Shown here one piece after another: positions 50,901 to 64,000 of a stretch of DNA of 64,000 nucleotides. Every line of letters begins with the position of its first letter. Position 1 is the stretch's first letter. The stretch is from assembly GCA_013239625.1 (NCBI GenBank), contig MU054117.1:2106011-2170010 (forward strand), given 5' to 3'. The notes under the pieces are model-generated. The model searched no databases. It saw nothing but the letters and a program-made list of their open reading frames with translations, and was not told the DNA's origin. The DNA is from Lama guanicoe. Lineage: Eukaryota. Position numbers and translations under genes: made by a program.

Positions 50901-53684
50901 GACGCAGCTGCTGCGTGGGGACCGGGCTGGAGGAGGCACAGCTCGCAGCAGAGCGTCTGTAGGAGGCTTCCCCACACTGGGCAGGGGCAGGGACGGCGTG
51001 GGTGACAGGAGAGAGTAGGGCTTGGGAAGTAGCTAAGAGGTAGCGTCAGGGGGTTGGGGTGGATCAGACACAGGGCAGAGAGAGGAGCCACAGAAAACAC
51101 CCAGGATTGTGGACAGGCTGTGGAGCAGGCCTGGCAGCTTGGTGGGCTGGGGAGATGGTGATTGTCCAAGATTCCCTGCAGTCCATGGACCACAGGGTGT
51201 GTGTGGCTGGTGAGGATCCCAGGGGCAGGATGCTAAATCCTAGATCCCAAAGAAACCTGAAATAGGTCAGGTTCTGGCCCAGGCTTCATGCTCATCCCCT
51301 TCAGGTCACTGAGTGGTTATTTCCCCCTTTTCATCCTTTGAGCATCTTCTCACACTAGGCACTGTGCCGAGGAGGTAATGATGAATCAGTCTTGTGCCCT
51401 GCCTTCAAGGAGGAGCCAAGTAAACAGGTGTGGTGATCCACTGCTGAAGGGATACATCAGGGAGCCCCAGGATGCCACGGGGCCACTGAGAAGGGGCACC
51501 CAACAGAGCCTGGGGAGGCCAAGGAAGACTGCGGGGGAGGAGGAAGGAGCAGGGAAGCAAGTCCTAAAGCAAGAAGGGGAGCGAACAAGGACAAGTACAG
51601 GAGTGTGGAGGGGAGCAAGCATATTAGCAACAGAAGCAGAGGGAACAGTATGCATCAAGTCCCAAAGAGCTATGTGAGGCAACAGAGGCCCAGAGAAGTT
51701 AAGCAACTCGTCTAAGGTCACATGGTGTATCTGCAGAAGAGTTGTGGAGCTCCGTCTCTTATAAATGTGTGCCGTGTTCTCAGTCACTCAGCTCCAGCCC
51801 CAAATTCCTTTTTGCCCTCATCCTCCCACCCGCAGCCTGTGCTTGGCCTAGAGAGCCATGTGAGCCAGGGGAGGTGGGCAATTACCCAGGGCACAAGGGC
51901 CCTGCCACACCCCTGCCAGCCCTCATCTTTCCTGCCCCGCTCCTGCTGGCCTGACGTGCAAACCCATCTACTAGAATTATGCCCACTATGGAAAAGGTCC
52001 ACGGTGCCCATCAGACCCCCGCACGACTGTACATGCCCCAACCCCCGAGTCAAGCACAAGGTACCTTTGGTGTTACTAACTGGATACTCCTTACACTGAA
52101 CTGTAATCTCTTTGGGGGCAGGTAGGAACCATTTTTTGGTACCCCACTTCCTCATTACTTTGCACATCAAAGTTATTCAAAAAATATTCACTCAATGAGC
52201 TCTTACTCTGTGTGAGACACTCTACTGGACGCTGGGGGATGGGTGCACAGATGAGTAGGAGATGGTCTCTGTCCTCAAGGAGCACAGCCAAGTGGGATTG
52301 AAAGGATGCTGCCATCTGGGCCAGCGGACCGCCCACGTCACACCGTGCTGCTCCAGACGGACTGCCTCCCAGTCCCAGCACGGGCCTTCCCCACCTCACT
52401 AGCAGGGCGTGCCGCATTTTTAACAGTTCTAATTGTTAATGGAGCTAAAAAACAACCTTCCGCTCCTACAACTTTCATGCATCAGCACCACTCTTTCTAC
52501 CTGGAAGGATAGAAAATAGCCTAAGCCAGCCATTCACATGCCAGCTCTTCCATGTTTAAAGCTTGTTTTCCTGTCTACAGATTTGCCAGATGACCCCAGA
52601 TGATCTGTTTCCCTTCTTAGGAGAACCTCAGAACCTCAGGACTCTCTATTTACCTTTTAGGTGAAGCCCTGTGAGCCAGGCAGCCTGGCCAGTAACCTGC
52701 GTGGGGCTCCGGACAGCTGCCCCCCCGACACTGGGGGTTTTACCTACCCTTCTGTGAAGGCTGCTGGTCCCACTGCTTTGGCAGAGGCTTCCCTGGCTCT
52801 TGATTCATCTTGAGTTTATAGTCAACTGATGCCCTGAGGCCTCTCTCCCAGGACCCACCCTGCTCATCTTAGAGTAGTGCTGTGGCAGTTTCAAAGCTAA
52901 GAGCAGAACTTCAGATTTTTTCTTCTTTCATTTGACTTTTTTCATTTAAACCACCTTTCTGACCTAATGAGTTTTTTTTTTAAAGTCCTGGATTCTATCA
53001 GCAAGGTATCAGCTGTTCCTTTTCAACTGTGTGTCATCAGAAAGCAGTCCCTTCCCAAAATAGTTAAACTGGGCAGGACCAAGGACAGCACCCAGGACAG
53101 CACCCCACTCAATGATCCTGGAAATGGCACTGATAGAAAAACCAGTGGTTTTTTGGTTTTGCTCGATAATTCTGTCTGAGAACAACCCGTCTGACTATAT
53201 TGTCCTCTAAGCCACTTCCTACCTTGTCCACATAGGTATCATGGGAGATTTTGTCAAATACTTTACTGAAAGCCCGGGGCACCACTGCAGCTGGCCCGTG
53301 GCCCAGGGAAATAGCATGGCATCTATACTGAAAGAAACGAGTTTGGTTGGAGTTGATGGAGGCTTCGTGACTTTTCTGCTAGCTTCACTTCCAAAACTCA
53401 GAGTCCGTTGGGTTAAAGAATCGTTCTTTAGGACCTACACATTTTAGAGCTAGAAGGACCTCAGAGATGATTCAAGGACTAATTCCCAATTTTGCTGATG
53501 AGGAAACCAATGCCCAGAGTGCTTAACGGGCATTCCCAAAGTCACAGAGTAACTGGGACAGGAACAAGGAATAGATCCCACCCCTACATCTCCACGTTCA
53601 ATGCTCTTTCTCAACGACGTTAAATCATGAAGCCTCTCTCTCAGCACTGCTCACCTCTCCAGCGCCCTGTCCCCCATCACTGCC

Positions 53685-53712
53685 CACACACACACACACA
53701 CACACACACACA
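53685..53712 (+). repeat. (CA)n microsatellite
   Basis: about 14 CA units. Confidence 0.95.
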
Positions 53713-54312
53713 AAGATCTTCCTTTAGATCTCTTAATTTTCGACCAAAACAAACCATGTCATTATTATTTTAGGGGGTTCAGTGGGGACCCCGTGACTGC
53801 CTACTTTCTCCTCCTGCTTCACAGAGTGGAAGATGGAGGCCCAGAGCCCTTCAATGAAATTTGTTCTCCAATGGGGGCGCTCTGGACTCCCCCAGTCTGG
53901 GTTAATCTTGGGGATCCTCAGTCTACCTGCAGGAGACCACGGTCTTCAAAGCTCATCTGAGCCTGTGTGTGCCTAGGCACGGGGCTTGCCCCTTCACTGG
54001 GCCATCTCTTCTGAGCGAGGGGTGGGGGCTTCCCCTGCCTGGAGGGGCGTGAGAAGTGGTAAGAGGAGAGCCCCTGGACACACTGCCTATGGGCCTGGCG
54101 TCGCAAGGGTGACCCCTGCCATGTGAAGGCTGGCTGCCTGAGGAACTGGGCTGCAGGGAAGGGCAGGTCACTTTCCTCAGCTGGGGAGAGCCGCGGCAGA
54201 GAGGTGACGCTGCAGCAGAGCCAGCCCCGACGGGGCATCCCTGGTACCCTGGACAGCGCCCGAGGCAGGGCCCTTCACCACCCTTCCCGCCCCCCTGGGA
54301 GGCCCTGGGTAC

Positions 54313-54589
54313 CTGTTTATTCTTTAGGTCAAGGGAGAGTTCGTAATCGGAGGCGGCAGGGGCGCGGGAGCAGAGCGCCGTCGCCAGGGCAGGCTGCTGC
54401 CGGCCGGGGGAGGCCGCGCGGTGGGGGCCGGCCCGCGGGGAGGCGCCCCCCGCCCCCCGCCGCTCCTCCTCCTCCTGCAGCTCCTGGGCTTGAGCCTTCG
54501 AGGCGTGGGCACTGGGTCTGCCGGCCGCCGCCGCCGCCGCCGCCACGGAGTCCTCCGTGCCCCCACCGGCTTGGGCGCAGGAGCCGTCA
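54313..54589 (-). CDS. IQSEC3: IQSEC3 coding exon (about exon 3): (S)[25 protein letters not shown]...[13 protein letters not shown]
   Basis: cacag acceptor, CAG|gtac donor; 277 bp; [11 protein letters not shown] is the IQSEC pre-IQ motif; first IQSEC3 exon recognisable in the window. Confidence 0.93.
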
Positions 54590-54859
54590 CTGTGAACGAA
54601 AGGCAACGGTGCTCGGTTGGCGGGACGGAGTGCATGTGGGTGCGGGGGAGGGGGGCTGGGGCCCTCTGGCAGCGATGAGCCTCACCCGTGGAGGGGCTGT
54701 GGCGCGGCTCCTGCAGTCTCCACTAGGGACGGGCGTCTTGGCAGGGAAGAGCCCCAGGAGGAGGGGGGCCTGAACTTGGGGAGGGCACCCACAGGGCAGA
54801 GGGAGGGGGTGGCTGGCGCGGGCTGAGCTCGTGAACCTGCTTAGAAGCATTCTGGCAGG

Positions 54860-55080
54860 TGGTTAAGGGTAGCCTACCTGGGTTCCAGTCTGGGTCCTGC
54901 CTTTTATTAGCTCTGGAGCCCTGAGCAGGTTACTTCACCTCACTTTTCCTGTTTCCCCATCTATAAAATGGGAATAATAATAGTATCTACCTCACAGGGA
55001 TGTTGGAAGGCTGAGTTCGTTAAAGCTCCTAAAGCAGTGCCTGGCTCGTGGTCCCTGCTGTACATGTGTTAATTATCGTA
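54860..55080 (+). mobile_element. MIR SINE
   Basis: cctgggttccagtc...gtttccccatctataaaatgggaataataatagtatctacctcacaggg. Confidence 0.85.
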
Positions 55081-57134
55081 ATGATCAGTGAGCTGGCTTT
55101 CCAGACTTTGGCTTACGTAGCTGCGAGGAAGCTGACCTTCACTGAACCAGCTCCATCTTTAGACTGGCCAAATGAGGCTGGGGGAAGGGGCGATGCTTAC
55201 AGTCCTGGCTTGGGCATAAAGCCCCTCCAGGCGGGTGGACCCCAGCTTTTGAGGGCCAGGTCTGTGAAGAGGAGGGTTCTTGCCCTGCTGGGTTTAGGAA
55301 GCATCTGGTCTTCCCCAGCCCCTCCTCTCTTCCAGCGGAGCCACCAGCAGTCTGAGCCACCTGCCTCGTCCAAGACAGCACGCAGGCTGCCCGGGGGCTA
55401 CTTCCCCCTCCCTCTCCCCTCCCCCTAGAGGCCAGAGCTTGTGTTCTTTGTGATTCTCTTCTCCCCAGCTAGTGCTGAGCACACGCCGAGGGCTCACGAA
55501 AACCTGTGGGAGGATGAATGGAAGAGAACCCATGGGCCACCAGGATGGCCTCTGCACTGGACAGAGACCCTAGGCTCATCTAGTCCATACTTCCAATCTC
55601 CCTTTTTCACAGAGGGGGAGCAAGAGCCCAGGGAGGTGGGGTGGCTCTGGCTGGAGGGCAACCTGAGGACTTATTTCTTCCAAGGCTTTGCCCCATGTAA
55701 GATGCTCCAAGTCGTGCCAGAAAAGGAATCCCTTCCTCTTGCTTCCACCCAACTTTGGAGCCTCCTGGTGCTAGAATAACCAAGGGTGGGGTGAAGAATC
55801 CTTTCTTTACACAACCTCCATCTTCCCTCCCAGAACCCCCCGTGCCACCGCCACCAGATAAAGAAAAGCTCGTTGGCCAGGCCTAGCAACAAGGAGACTC
55901 AGACTCCTTGCTACTGCGTAATTCTCTGCTCTATCATTTTTCCTGTGGCCACCAATCATGCTCTATAGTTGGATGAGCTCTAGGCATGTGGGGATTTTTC
56001 CCTGGTATCCCAAGAAGTTCTCTTTGAGATCTCGCTTCAACTCTTCTTGCAGTAGGACATGGCCACCCTTCCCACAGGGCGTGCAGAAACAGCCCTTTCC
56101 CTCTCCTGGCACAACCTGCCTCCGGGGGCAGCATTCGGTCTCGCCCATCTCTGCTCTAGACTATCTCTGGGACTGATGCCAAAGCTTCCTCACCCTCAAG
56201 GTTTTCAAGACTCTAGAGAACTGGTAGCTACTCGGGGCTACACACACCTTTAAAAATAGGTCTTTGCTTTCTTTGCTGCTGGAGGGTGCTGAGGAGCTGA
56301 CGCCCCTCGGCAGCAGAATTTAACCAGTGATGATGGGCTGCTGGACAAATGCCCCAGCTTCCTCGTCTCTTGGGCAGAACAACTCTGAGACACATTCCAC
56401 GCCATCTCCGAGGTGCCCAGTGGGACTGAGCCCTGATTGCCCAAAGCAGTGGCCTGATCATTAATGACTCTGCATTGGCTTCCTTCTCTTCTGTGTCTTG
56501 TCCTCCACTCTCCTACTGACACTTCTTGGGGTCACCAAATACACGCCTTGTATTAAGACAAAACAAACAATTTAAATAGCCTTTTTTTGTGGGCCACTCC
56601 TCTGGATATAGACCAAGGCTCCAAGGCCTTCTCACCTGAGCTCCTCCCTAGGGTCTGGGAGTCAGGAACACCCCACTGCCATCTCCAGCAAGTGCACACT
56701 CTCTCTCTCACACACACACACACACATGCACACATGCTGCTCTAACTAGCTCTGTGGCTTTGGGTAGTCTGTGTCCTCCTCCTGAGTGAGTGTCCGCACC
56801 TATCACCTGAGGGGAGCTGACTCGTCTCCTCTGGCTTGGACATCCTGTGAGCTTGGATTCCAGTGCCGGGGCCAGACCTCCAAGGCCCACCAGCCCTGAG
56901 GTTCCAGGCTTTCTGGCCAGTGGAACCAACTCTGTCTTTGCTCATCTATGAGCACAGGGACTGAGAGACTGTGCCCTCCCGGACGTCTGAAGAAAAGTAT
57001 TGGACTTCTTCCTTCCTGAGACTTCTCCAGAGTCATGTGATAGAAGGTGGCCATGGAAACCTAGGGCTGCGGTCACTAACATGGCAACATTTAAGGTTGT
57101 GCGCCAGAGGCCAAAGAGCAGGGAAGGAAGCCCT

Positions 57135-57320
57135 GGGTTAGAATCCTGTTTCCACTGCTTCTGATGTGACCTTGGGCAAGTTGTGTAACCTCCTGAGGTC
57201 TGTTTCCTCATCTGCAAAACAGGCATCCTCGCAATGCCTCTGCAAGGCTGCCGTGAGGAATAAATAAAGCTCGCCAAGCACCTAGCACAGCGCCTGGAAC
57301 ACAGTAGTCCTCAATACATG
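57135..57320 (+). mobile_element. MIR SINE
   Basis: tgtgaccttgggcaagttgtgtaacctc...tgtttcctcatctgcaaaa. Confidence 0.85.
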
Positions 57321-60300
57321 GCGATGGCGAAGGTGGTTTTGTATTCTGAGCCGAAACCCTGTAGCGTGGGGTCCCACAGGAATCCCCCAAAAACAGCGTG
57401 GAGAATTCCTAAGTGCAAGGGTTCGCCTTCCTGTCAACCTTCACAAAATAGAAAAAATAGGGTTTTTCGCCATTCTGCATGGCCTTTCCCAGCCCTCCAG
57501 ACTAACACCCAGGGTCTTTTGGGAGGGGAGTGAAGATGGACTGACTTCCTAGGGTCCACAGCCTCTGAGGAATCTGTGTGGGTTCACCACCTACAGGTAG
57601 GCCCCCTGGCGGTACCCACCACAGGCTGGGGGGTGCCCTAGGTGGGCATTTGTGTAAATTTGTGCTTTGGGCACTTTGTCAGGGAGCGGTGGAGGCCTGA
57701 GTGCTCAGAACCTCTATTTGGTTGCTAAGCATGAACAGAATGCTCCCTGCCTCTGTTTCCCCCTCCTCACTCCTTCTATATAAAAGTGGTCCAAGCAAAG
57801 AAGTTCAAATCCTCACCCCAGGCTGTCGTAGCTTGAAGGACCATCTCTTTCAATCCACAGTCTCTTACAGAACTGGGAGTCCAGTGCTCCAGCGCCCAGA
57901 GCATCACTCTTCCCAAGACACAGGCTGCCTGTGTTTCCAGGTTTGCCAGGCTGACCTCACATCATAAAGCTGCCTTCCCTGGTGGGTCTGATTTCAGGCA
58001 GCCTGGCACGCGGACAGGAATTGTGTGAACAGGGTTCACTCTGTGACATGCATAGCTTCTTTTAAGCCCCTTCCTTGCACATCTGGAGAGAGATTCTGGT
58101 GACCTCAGCTGTCCTGGGCTCCAATCCCAGCTGCGGAAACGGATTCCTTGAATGGCAGTCCACTAGCCTGGAGAAATTTAGGGTCCCTGCTAACATATGG
58201 GAGATGCTGGTCACAAGAGTCTTCCCTGGGTTGGGGCACCCATTTGAGAAAGTCAGAAGCAGAACGTGGGCGGCAGCAGAATGAGCGTCTTAGAAGGCTT
58301 CGGTTGTGCCCTCGTGACATCAGGCCCCACCCGCGAGGCTTAGTGTGGATGATGGTGGGCAGTGCGGGGTGGGGTCTGCCTTCCCATTTGTGCAACGGTT
58401 AGAACAATTCCTGGAGACCCAGCCGGGAGTGTTTTGAAGGCTGGAGAACTCCTCAGGCTGGAAGATTCCCCCAGAGGGCCTAACCAATTGCACTAGATTA
58501 TCCCAGACTCTGCCAGCCTTTCTTAAAGCTCTTTTGGGACAAAGAAACTAGGCATTTTCCAGACAAAAGCTAACAAAATGCCTTGCATCTCAAGATTTTT
58601 CAGCCTTTCCTAAAACACTTCTTGCTCTCCCTCACCTGAATCAATAAAGCGATCTTAGATGGTCTGTAATAAAGGCGGAGCCAGGGGAGCCAATGCCCTT
58701 GGGGTCCCAGGAGGTACTGGGGAGGGGCTGCAGGGGAGAGAGGGCCAGCATGAGAACACTTTGACTCTGTGCTGAGTCAAAGCAGAGGCTAGAAAAGGCT
58801 GCCTGAGGCGGCGGGAGAGCCCGGAACTGGCAGTCAGCGCCCCACCACCTCTGCCCGCAGCGCTCGCTCGGAATAACCTTAGGCGCACGGCTTCTCCGGG
58901 CCTCTGCGTTCTCTCACCTGGAAAGTGAACAGATGAGCAAGATGCTTTGGCATCCGGAAGGAAGGAGAGTTCAGCTTCCCCCATCTCCCCTCCCCTCGGC
59001 CAGGGCCCACGGGGCCCACACGGTGCCTTCCTGTTCACGCCTACACCCCGCTGCCCTGGACACCCTCCCTGGTGTCCTCCCAGGAAACCTCCCTGCCAGC
59101 ACCTCCCCGACCTCTCTGACCCCCGTCATCCACGCCGGACGCTCACAATGGAAACCCTGGAGGAGGGCGGCTGTGTCCTTCCTGGCTGTCCCCTTGCAGA
59201 GGGTGCCCGGACTTCACTCGCTGTAACAAATGCTCCCCACCCCCATGGGCCCCAAGAGAGTAAGTCATTCTCTCTCCCCTCGGCTCCTTGGGGATTCCAG
59301 GCTTTGGTATCACAGCTATTCCAGAAGGTGCTGGCAGGTTTGGTTCATCTGGAGGGTTTCCTGTCGAAGGCATCACAGTCCTTCTCTGGGCCTGTGCCCT
59401 CCCCAGACCCAGGCCCACTACACCCAGGTGCTCACAGTGGGTCCCAGTAGCATCTCATGCAGCCCCCACCAGGCGTCCCAGCTGGAACCCCCAGCCCCGC
59501 TTAGTGCCCCCCAACGGCGGGCTGTCAGCACCTGGTGCCCCCCAGGGAGGCCTCACCTAGAAGCTTCCTCAGGGCACCTGCCTCACAGACGTGCACACTG
59601 GGCACACTAACTAACCCGGTCTTACTGTCGCTGGAAGCCTGATAGTTCTGAGCGCTGTTTCCTCTGAGACAGGCGCAGATCCAGTAGCAAGATCCGGCTC
59701 CAAGGGCGCCTCCCTGCCCCCTCCCCAGCACACCACGCGGTTCACAGACACCGGCTTCCCGGGGCGGCGGGCGGAACACACCGAGCCCCTGAGCACGCCT
59801 CGGGCTTCCTCACTTGCAGTGTCTGCCGGCGTCAGCACCCCCAAGGACCAGTCCCCACTCCCCACGGGCTCACGTCACCCACCCCGAGGATGGAACCCAG
59901 AACCACAGCCTTTCCTCCGTCCCCGCCACAGCTCACAGTCGCCTCACAGCTGCAGACGCACCGAATAGTTGCAGCCTAGTGAACTCGGGCTTTTATTCCA
60001 TTTTTTTCTTTTATGATGAACTATCTTAGATATGCAAATATGGGTAACATGGACAGGAGGTACAGGGAAAAATACTCATTTGTACCTGGCTCAAGAGACA
60101 GCCTGTGAGAAGCCTTTAATATCCCGTGTGTTCCTCCTTCTCTCCTCAGAGGAAGGCCTGTCCTGAATTTGTGTTTCTCATCCCCAGCTTCTCCCTGGGG
60201 ACAGATTTCCTCCGTGTGTTGCGTAAGCAATGGTGGCTGCCTGGCCCGGGCGCCAAGTCTGCATAGGTGCGCGGGGGAGGCTTGGGGACATTCAAGGTCT

Positions 60301-61189
60301 AGCAGAGCCCAAAAGGGTCAGGAAGCCCCTCCAAGTAGAGTGGGCGCAGCTCTGTGCTGGCAGGACTGGAAAGAGGGCCGGGGTCTGACGCAGCCAGCTG
60401 TGCCAGTTAGTTACTACAACAGGGGGGACTTTCAAGGGAGAAAAACGGACTTGCTCCTCAAGGAGCCTGCGCTTCCAGCCCTGTGCAGCCGGGATGTGTG
60501 ATGATTTCCAAATGCATGGTGGGGACCGTCAGGAGTCACGCAGGAGCACCTGAAAATAGCCCACGGAGATGCCAGGGGATGCTGGTAGAGGTGAGCTTGG
60601 GAGACGTGAGCCGGCTGGCAGCCAGGTTCAAGGGAGGGAGTCCCTCTGGGGTCCCCGAGAGGAAGGAGCCCGTGAGGCAGTGCTGGCCAACCCACACTTA
60701 GGGGCAGCATCGTGGAAGTTACAGGCACGGACTCGAAGCCAGACTGCCCGGATTTGCACGTTGCCATCCACCTCGGTGTGGCCTTGGGCAAGTCTCTTCA
60801 CCTCCTTGTGCCTTACTTTCCTCTCTAGGAAAGGGCCATGCTAGTATCGGCTGTGAGATGCTCTAAGCCCTGTACATGTAGCGACCATCATGTTTCCTTT
60901 CAGGATTTCCAACATGTTATTTTGTCAAATAAGAACATAGAAGGCAAAAGTATGCCCCAGCTTCCCTGTACTATTGCAAGGGCACGTGAAAAGCAGGGAG
61001 GATGTGACGTCAGATAAGGAACAGCCTTTACCTTGAACTGTCAGTTTCTAGGATCTTGCTGTCTTATCTAGGGGGTCTTTACACGGAGAAGTATTGGACT
61101 TTTCCATACGGTGTGATTGCCGAAGCTCTGAGTTAGAGATGACGCCAAGGGAACCTTACCAAAAGGCTCTAAGGGCGGGGAGGCAGCAG

Positions 61190-61385
61190 AGTATAATTTG
61201 GATGAGAGTTAGACCCAGACAGACCACTGTGGTTAAAGTCCGACCACTCACTAGCTGTGCAGCGCTGGGTTAGCTCCTTAACTTCTCTGAGCTCATTTCC
61301 TTACGTGTAAGGCAGAGATACCCACTACGTTTTGCTGGGAGAGTTGATAAAGCAGTGAGCACAAAGCCTCTGGCACCTGTCTGAC
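61190..61385 (+). mobile_element. MIR SINE
   Basis: cactcactagctgtg...cttaacttctctgagctcatttcctt. Confidence 0.65.
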
Positions 61386-62744
61386 GCTCTGTAAATGCAG
61401 GTTTTCCTGGTTCTGGCTCCTAAGCTCCCTGGAGAGCAGAGACCTCACCCGGTCCTTCTTGGGTCCCTCCAAGAGCCCTGTGATGGTGGCCCACACAAAC
61501 CGTGTGCACACAGCCCCCCACCCCCGAGCCAGGGCACAAGACCACGCCTCTTTACTTCTTCCTCCGCCAGGTCCAGGCCAGCCCTATCTCACTCAGGAGA
61601 GTAGATGTTTCCTGGTTCCCAAGCCACTTCTAGGGAAGGAAACCCTCCCAGCTCCTTCCAGGCTCCATTTCACCCCACTGATGGCTGACAGGTGCTTATA
61701 GGTGTGCAGTCAAGTGTATGTGTGCCAAAAAAAACAAGGGTCTTACGATACAAGAGATGGAAATGGCAGAATTACCAGTAGGGTACAACATTGCTCCAGA
61801 CATCCATCAAGTTACTACGGAGCAAGATTCCCTACCTGTTTGTTTATAGTCCCCTTCCTCATCTTCACAGTTCCTCCTGGAAGTCCTTCCTAATGTCTAT
61901 CTTTAATCTTGCTTGCTGCAGTAGAAACCACTCACAAGCTTACAGTGTCAGAATGGCCAAGCCATTTCCCACATGCCTGTGGGTTTCATGCGTCATCTCC
62001 AAAAGTGTTTGGGAGGGAGGGGCAATGCAGGACACACTGGCTTTGGGAAGAAGCCCCAGAGACGCCAGCTTGGGGAGTTGCCCTACTCCCAGGCAGGGCA
62101 GGGGGTCAGTGCCAGGCCATGAACCTTTCCCTGCGGGGGGCTAAACGGTTTCTTTCTCTTAGGAGAACAGGCAGCCAAACTGTCAGCTGGCAAGATTTTC
62201 CTGATAAAATGCTTCTGCTCTTAATCGCATCCTCGCTGGGCTGTGACAGCCCAGTGCTGGGTTAAATCATTTCCTCTCCTGCCTGATGTCTAGAAAATCT
62301 CCTCTCCGGGCCTGTTGGCCCTGCTGGACTGGCATTTGTCGGGGCCTTTAGCTTCTTTGATCTTTTCCCCAAATTGGTCCCTCAATTCTCAAGTCTCTCT
62401 CCTCTCCTCTCTCCAGTCAACGCTCTATATGTTACAGGGAAGGCTTGAGTAGGAGCATCTGAAAGCATCCACCTCCTCCTCCAGGCCCATCGCCTGCCAT
62501 CCAAAGGAGGGGTCGGACCCTCCCTCTGACCAGCACAGCCCAACGACCCTGAGCAAGATGCTGTGTGTCCCCTCCTGCTCGCCATACTTGGGACTCTGCT
62601 CCTGGGACCCCGTCCCCTGAGGAGTCAGACCCTCCTCCCAAGTACTTCCCCATCACACCTGTGTTTCTAGACCCCTTCTCCTGGGACTCCTGGATCTCCA
62701 CTGATGTCTCCAACTCTCTGCTCCTGAAAATCTCAGCTCTAAAA

Positions 62745-62960
62745 TAGCCTGCATTTACAGAGTGCTTACTGTGTACCAGACACCTTTGCACACGCCATGT
62801 CCTTAAATTCTCTCAGCCACCCCAAGAGCTAAGTGCTCCTGTTGTCCCCATTTGACAAATAAGTAAATTGAGGAGTCGAAAGCTTCGGTCATTTCAGCGA
62901 GGTCACGGAGTCTGGAGGTGGCCATGCCAGGACTCGAAGCTGGATTTGAATTTCTCTGTC
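62745..62960 (-). mobile_element. MIR SINE
   Basis: atttacagagtgcttactgtgtaccagacac...ccccatttgacaaataagtaaattgagg. Confidence 0.75.
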
Positions 62961-64000
62961 TGTGCTCAGTGGCTCCGTATCTACTGCCCCCTTGACGTCC
63001 TCCTGAACTCTTCCAGCCCAGGGCCCTCCCATCCCACTTCCTCGCCCCAATCCTCCTTTCGAACTGAGAAGGGACTCCTCAAGGACCTGGGGCTCATCTC
63101 TCTGCCCTCAGAGAAGAAAGGCAATTCTTGCATTTTAAAGTTCTATACTGGTCTGTAATTAAAAGTGCCCTGTTCGCCAGGGCCCTTTCTTCTAAGTTAG
63201 TAAAGTCACACTCAGACTAAGTCTCAGGCTCCCTGGGGTTTGTTTCTGGTGAGTCAGTTCCTCTGGAACTTGTGGACCTCAGGGAAGCCCACCTGACCCT
63301 CCAAACCTGCAAAACTGCAGCCTGGACTTGGAACACGGTGACCACAGCAGGTCCAGCCAGCTGCCCCCAACCTCTCCCCACTCCAGACAGAAGCACGCAG
63401 ACAGCTGTCTTCCCCGTTTTGTTTTGCTAACCATCACTAAAATAATCTCGAAAAATCTCTTTTCTTAAACCATTCCAAGGCCTCTCAAAGGCAGTAAGTT
63501 CTTCAAGAACGCCGATCCGGTGTGATCATTCTTGCTATAGATCATTTCCTCGGTTTTGGTTTGATGAAACAAATTTAAAACCCTTTTTGTCATACATCAG
63601 AAACACTTACTGGAATCAGGGATCATTTTCATGGTTGTGTCACGGGTTAAGAGATAAGTGAGCAGGTAAAGATGACCCCTCAGAGGAGAAAACAAAACAA
63701 CACAGGAAACAGTAAGGCTAGAAAGGCCTCTAGGCCTGCAAAGAGCGGCCACCCTCTCTGAGCATGAAAGAAAGGGCATCCGAAAGATTCAGGTGAGCAG
63801 TTTTCAGCAAATGGAACCAGAACTCCCCCCAAACTGGACGAAATTCTGCGTTAACAAACACCAGCAACAGTGGCAGCCAGCCAGCTCTGCGGCCGCTCTC
63901 ACGTTGTCGTCCTGGCAGCATTATCTTTAATTACGTTTACTTCTTTAAATAAGAAAGCCTAGAGCTTTTTTAATTCTCCCCTAAAGATATTCTCTCGGTC

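Noticed and set aside
54590..64000. Search for IQSEC3 exons 1-2
   Set aside because: No ORF or exon matching the recalled N-terminus (MESLLENP..., NETVLHQFCCP) was seen; they probably lie beyond the window

Overview
Mammalian (eutherian) genomic DNA, GC-rich, with two convergent (tail-to-tail) spliced genes. On the + strand, 254-3273 holds the last four coding exons of SLC6A12 (BGT1 betaine/GABA transporter, ending in the PDZ motif ETHL). On the - strand, 54589-16544 holds twelve constitutive coding exons of IQSEC3 (SynArfGEF/BRAG3; IQ motif, Sec7, PH, C-terminal SLV) plus an alternative stop-containing cassette exon. All splice junctions read GT-AG and keep phase. The 5' exons of both genes lie outside the window. 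The rest is intron, UTR and intergenic DNA with old repeats (MIR, L2, L1M, MaLR/MER5-like) and one CCAAT-array solo LTR. Nearly all ORFs in the supplied track are GC-rich noise. I found no new multi-gene system. The most interesting signals are: a compact splice-switch module at the IQSEC3 C-terminus, a tandem duplication that copies a Sec7-exon splice donor, a 6-aa deletion in the BGT1 tail, and a promoter-like LTR pointing antisense into IQSEC3. Comparisons to human/dog proteins and exon numbers are from memory, not from an alignment. Repeat boundaries and family names are approximate.
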